A DNA stretch of 64,000 nt from Burkholderiales bacterium. Its GTDB lineage: Bacteria; Pseudomonadota; Gammaproteobacteria; Burkholderiales; SG8-39. Positions 61,301 through 64,000 of this stretch are shown piece after piece. The first letter of the stretch is position 1; each line of letters opens with the position of its first letter. Position numbers and translations under genes: made by a program. The DNA is taken from contig JAOAFL010000032.1 in the NCBI GenBank assembly GCA_026416295.1, positions 655-64,654 of the forward strand, written 5' to 3'. Under the pieces are notes generated by a model. It saw only the letters and a program-made list of their open reading frames with translations. It was not told where the DNA came from and made no database searches.

Positions 61301-61517
61301 CGAGGCGATCCTCGCTTCGGCCGCCGCGCGCGCGAAACCGATCGCGCTCACCGCGGCGGCGGCGATGATCGGGGCGATGTTCATCCTCGATGACCCGATC
61401 TTCAACGGACTGGCGATCTCGCTCGTCTTCGGCATCTTCGTCTCGACGCTGCTCACGCTCGTCGTGATCCCGGTGCTCTACTACGTCGCGTCGCGGCCGC
61501 GGGAGGCGCGGGCATGA
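58350..61517 (+). CDS. RND efflux transporter permease
   Basis: 1055 aa from GTG 58350; ATG 58359 is also possible. It has an AcrB-family architecture (ILVDDAIVVVENIHR). Confidence 0.9.
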   Translation: MRAMGISGRIARFFQDSQLTPLAALVALLAGLFAVAVTPREEEPQIDVTMANVFVPFPGASARDVEALVAIPAEQVLAQMTGVEHVYSVSRPGMAVLTVQFKVGVPRTEAVVRLHETIAANRDWVAPELGILDPIIKPKGIDDVPVVALTLWCEDPDCGAYELERVAHAAEAELKRVPGTREVQTLGGPGRAVRVLLDPDRLAAHGVSALEVRNALQLANVVLPAGKLVRGNREIVVETGNYLESAADIRRLVIGAHEGRPVTIGDVAEVLDGPDVPSRYVWTGTARGEHPAVTIQVTKKPGENAVEIARRVMARLAELRGTIIPDNVRVTVTRDYGATANEKAKQLITKLLFATLSVVVLVFFALGAREALIVGVAVLLTLAATLFASWAWGFTLNRVSLFALIFSIGILVDDAIVVVENIHRRMLAEGRPLAEVIPAAVDEVGGPTILATLTVIAALLPMAFVTGLMGPYMSPIPINASMGMLISLAIAFTVTPWLSLKLLSHAPHAPERAGWTERFFPRLLAPFVDSGRRRRALAAAVVAAIFGSVGLAGVQLVILKMLPFDNKSEFQVVVDMPAGTPVEITAAALHDMGAYLATVPEVTDYQAYAGLSAPINFNGLVRQYYLRNASETGDLQVNLLPKDRRSRQSHEIAQAVRPALEEIGARWGAKVKVVEVPPGPPVLSPIVAEVYGPDEAGRIRVAKKVREAFAATPGIVAVDDSVEDSAPRIQLKVDQAKAALSGVTRRDVVETMRIGLAGADVTPLHDGHSKYEVPVRVTLPAERRGELAEFLKLTIRAPNGALVPLAELVSPVETERERPLYRKDLLPVVYVVGDQAGRVDSPLYGMFAVRSKIAGMPLEEGGRLGEYFVRQPSDPYREYAVKWDGEWQVTYETFRDMGIAYAVGLVLIYLLVVAQFRSYLVPLVIMAPIPLTVIGVMPGHALLGANFTATSMIGMIALAGIIVRNSILLVDFVNLKVAEGIPLREAILASAAARAKPIALTAAAAMIGAMFILDDPIFNGLAISLVFGIFVSTLLTLVVIPVLYYVASRPREARA

Positions 61518-61518
61518 A

Positions 61519-61541
61519 CCCGCGCGCCACCGGCGCGCGGG
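61519..61541 (+). terminator. perfect 10-bp GC hairpin just after the RND permease stop (no T-run)
   Basis: CCCGCGCGCC-ACC-GGCGCGCGGG begins 2 nt after the TGA at 61515..61517. It is not followed by a U-tract, so terminator function is uncertain. Confidence 0.3.
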
Positions 61542-61559
61542 CGCGCGCAGGCTGACGCG

Positions 61560-62735
61560 ATGCGGCGCGGCGACTGGGCGGTCGCGCCGGTCATCGACTG
61601 GCTGCTGCAAGAAGGGCGGCTCGAGACCGACACCGCAGCGCTCGTCGAGCGCCTCGCGGCGCGGCTCCTCGCCGAGGGCGCGCCGGTGTGGCGCGTGCGC
61701 CTCGGGTTCTTCACCATCCATCCGCAGCTCGCGGCGTGGGCGCACGTCTGGGTGCGCGGTCAGCCGGTGCGCGTCGAAAGCGTCCCCTGGGGCGTGGAGC
61801 GCACGAGCGCCTGGATCGGCAGCCCGGTCGAGAAGATGGTCGCGACGCGCGCGCCGGTGCGCGTACGCCTCGATCGCCTGCGCCCGGGGGATCACGCGGT
61901 GCTGCACGAACTCGCGGCGGCCGGCGGGCGCGACTACCTCGCGCTGCCGCTCGCGTTCTCCGACGGCTCGCTCAACGTCTTCGCGCTCGCGACCGACGAG
62001 CCGGAGGGCTTCGGCGAGCACGACGTGCGCAGCTTCGCGCAGCTCGCGCACCCGCTCGCCGCGGCACTGGAAGCGAGGGCGATGCGGCGCGTGGCCGAGA
62101 CGCTGCTCGACACCTACGTCGGGCACCGCAGCGGCCGGCGGATTCTCGAGGGGCAGATTCATCGCGGCGACGCCGAGGAGATCGACGCCGCGATCTGGTA
62201 CGCCGATCTGCGCGGCTTCACGCGGCTCACCGAGACGCTGCCGCCGGCGCGGCTGATGGAGCTGCTGAACACCTACTTCGAGCTCGTCGCCGATGCGGTC
62301 ACGCCGCGCGGCGGCGAGATCCTGCGCTTCATGGGCGATGCGACGCTGATCGTGTTTCCGTCCGAGCGGCGCGGCGAGCTTGCGCCTTCGTGCCGCGCGG
62401 CGCTGGAAGCCGCGCTCGATGCCTTCGCGCGCGGCGAGGCGGCGAACCGCAGCCGCCTGCGCGAGGGCTGCCCCGAGATCCGCTTCGGCGTCGGGCTGAA
62501 CGCCGGCACGGTGATTTACGGCAACGTGGGTGCGCGCACGCGGCTCGATTTCACCGTGGTCGGGCCGGCGGTGAACCGCGCCGCGCGCCTGGAATCGCTC
62601 ACCAAGGAGCTCGGCGTTCCGCTCGTGATGACCGGCACGTTCGCCGCCGCGCTCGGGCGGCCGACCCGCTCGCTCGGGGCGCATCGACTGCGCGGGCTCG
62701 AGGAGCCGGTCGAAGTGTTCGCGCTCGCATCCTAG
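61560..62735 (+). CDS. class III adenylate/guanylate cyclase with N-terminal sensory (GAF-like) domain
   Basis: 391 aa. The C-terminal CYC domain shows AIWYADLRGFTRL, RFMGDATLIVF, GLNAGTVIYGNVG, DFTVVGPAVNRAARLE. Confidence 0.85.
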   Translation: MRRGDWAVAPVIDWLLQEGRLETDTAALVERLAARLLAEGAPVWRVRLGFFTIHPQLAAWAHVWVRGQPVRVESVPWGVERTSAWIGSPVEKMVATRAPVRVRLDRLRPGDHAVLHELAAAGGRDYLALPLAFSDGSLNVFALATDEPEGFGEHDVRSFAQLAHPLAAALEARAMRRVAETLLDTYVGHRSGRRILEGQIHRGDAEEIDAAIWYADLRGFTRLTETLPPARLMELLNTYFELVADAVTPRGGEILRFMGDATLIVFPSERRGELAPSCRAALEAALDAFARGEAANRSRLREGCPEIRFGVGLNAGTVIYGNVGARTRLDFTVVGPAVNRAARLESLTKELGVPLVMTGTFAAALGRPTRSLGAHRLRGLEEPVEVFALAS

Positions 62736-62745
62736 AACCGCCGCC

Positions 62746-64000
62746 GTGGACGACACGCTCCTTCTTGCGCGCATCCAGTTCGGGCTCAACATCGCGTTCC
62801 ACATTCTGTTTCCGAGCCTGACGATCGCGCTCGCGTGGTTCCTCGTCTGGTTCCGGGTGCGCTGGGAGCGCACGCGCGATCCCGTCTGGCTCGGCATCTA
62901 TCGCTTCTGGGTGAAGGTGTTCGCGCTCTCCTTCGCGATGGGCGTGGTCTCCGGCATCGTGATGAGTTTCCAGTTCGGCACCAACTGGCCCGGGTTCATG
63001 AACACCGTGGGCAACATCGCCGGGCCGTTGCTCGCCTACGAGGTGCTCACCGCGTTCTTTCTGGAAGCGACCTTCCTCGGCGTGATGCTCTTCGGCATGA
63101 ACCGCGTTCCGGGGTGGCTGCACGTGCTCTCGACCGTCATGGTCGCCGCGGGAACGACGATCTCGGCGTTCTGGATCCTCGCGCTCAATTCCTGGATGCA
63201 CACGCCGGCCGGGCACGCGTGGGCGGGCGGCGCGATCGTCGCCGAGGACTGGCTGCGGGTGATCTTCAATCCGTCGTTTCCGTACCGCTTCGCGCACATG
63301 ATGCTCGCCTCGGGGCTCACCGCAGCGTTCGTGATCGCCGGCCTTTCCGCCTGGCGGCTTCTGCGCGCGCCGCAGGACGCCGCGGCGCGCCGCTCGCTCG
63401 GCATCGGCACCGGGGTCGCGGCGGTGCTTGCGCCGCTTCAGATCGCGGTCGGCGACCTGCACGGCCTCAATACGCTCGAACACCAGCCGGCGAAGGTCGC
63501 GGCGATCGAAGCGCTCTGGGAAACCCGCAAGGGCGCGCCGCTCGTGCTTTTCGGGATCCCGAACGAGGCGGCGCGGCGCAACGACTTCGCGCTCGAGATC
63601 CCGAAGGGCGCCTCGCTCGTGCTGCGCCACGATCCGAACGCCGAACTGAAAGGGCTCGACGCGTTCGCCCCCGATCATCCGCCGGTCGCACCGGTGTTCT
63701 ACGCTTTCCGCGTCATGGTCGGGATCGGCGTCGCGATGCTCGCGCTCGCGTGGTACGGCGCCTGGCGGCTGCGGCGCGGCGCCGCGCCGCCCGCATGGCT
63801 CCTCTGGATTTACGCCGGGTTCACGTTTTCCGGCTGGATCGCGGTGCTCGCCGGCTGGCTGGTGACCGAGATCGGCCGGCAACCGTGGCTCGTCACCGGG
63901 ATTCTGCGCACCGCCGACGCGGTGGGCGAGGTGAGCGGCGCCGAACTCGGCGCAAGCCTCACCGGCTACATCCTCGCCTACGCGTTGATGCTTCTCGCCT
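62746..64000 (+). CDS. cydA: cytochrome bd-type (CydA/CioA) quinol oxidase subunit I (3' end outside window)
   Basis: This gene is not in the ORF track because it has no stop in the window. I translated it by hand from GTG 62746: VDDTLLLARIQFGLNIAFHILFPSLTIALAW..SFQFGTNWPGF..YEVLTAFFLEATFLGVMLFG..GRQPWLV. Confidence 0.85.
   Translation, partial: MDDTLLLARIQFGLNIAFHILFPSLTIALAWFLVWFRVRWERTRDPVWLGIYRFWVKVFALSFAMGVVSGIVMSFQFGTNWPGFMNTVGNIAGPLLAYEVLTAFFLEATFLGVMLFGMNRVPGWLHVLSTVMVAAGTTISAFWILALNSWMHTPAGHAWAGGAIVAEDWLRVIFNPSFPYRFAHMMLASGLTAAFVIAGLSAWRLLRAPQDAAARRSLGIGTGVAAVLAPLQIAVGDLHGLNTLEHQPAKVAAIEALWETRKGAPLVLFGIPNEAARRNDFALEIPKGASLVLRHDPNAELKGLDAFAPDHPPVAPVFYAFRVMVGIGVAMLALAWYGAWRLRRGAAPPAWLLWIYAGFTFSGWIAVLAGWLVTEIGRQPWLVTGILRTADAVGEVSGAELGASLTGYILAYALMLLA

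Overview
This is a very GC-rich, gene-dense chromosomal window. About 60 protein genes and one tRNA-Val are supported. No rRNA, CRISPR array, transposase, integrase or phage gene was seen. The content looks like a facultatively anaerobic, aromatic-degrading betaproteobacterium of the Thauera/Azoarcus type; this is an inference from gene content only. Main blocks, in order: (1) An oxygen/NO regulatory cluster: a PAS histidine kinase, a NarL-type regulator, a CheY-like regulator, Fnr and a small K+ channel. It is divergent from an FNR-boxed hemN / membrane protein / Dnr-type regulator operon. (2) A four-gene operon for a Tat-exported, unusually large (1162 aa) type II molybdoenzyme: alpha, Fe-S beta, heme-b gamma and a TorD-like chaperone. 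It sits behind a perfect FNR palindrome, next to cytochrome c551 and a DUF2249 gene. I rate this the most interesting locus. (3) A translationally coupled thioesterase / PadBCD-like molybdoenzyme / phenylacetate-CoA ligase operon, followed by a tandem GNAT and an SDR. (4) An acetate/PHA module: a MaoC-Pta fusion, AckA, PhaC and a degenerate receiver domain. (5) A Thauera-type benzoyl-CoA reductase cluster (oah-dch-bcrCBAD-fdx), divergent from korAB. (6) Tandem usp genes and an FAD-oxidoreductase::SelD fusion. (7) Two RND efflux systems. One of them lies in an operon with DUF2892 and thioredoxin-2, behind a near-consensus sigma70 promoter and a CsoR-family operator. (8) A class III nucleotide cyclase and the start of a cytochrome bd oxidase gene. 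The many long Arg/Ala/Pro-rich ORFs on opposite strands are GC-driven shadow ORFs. All family names come from reading the translations; no database search was run.
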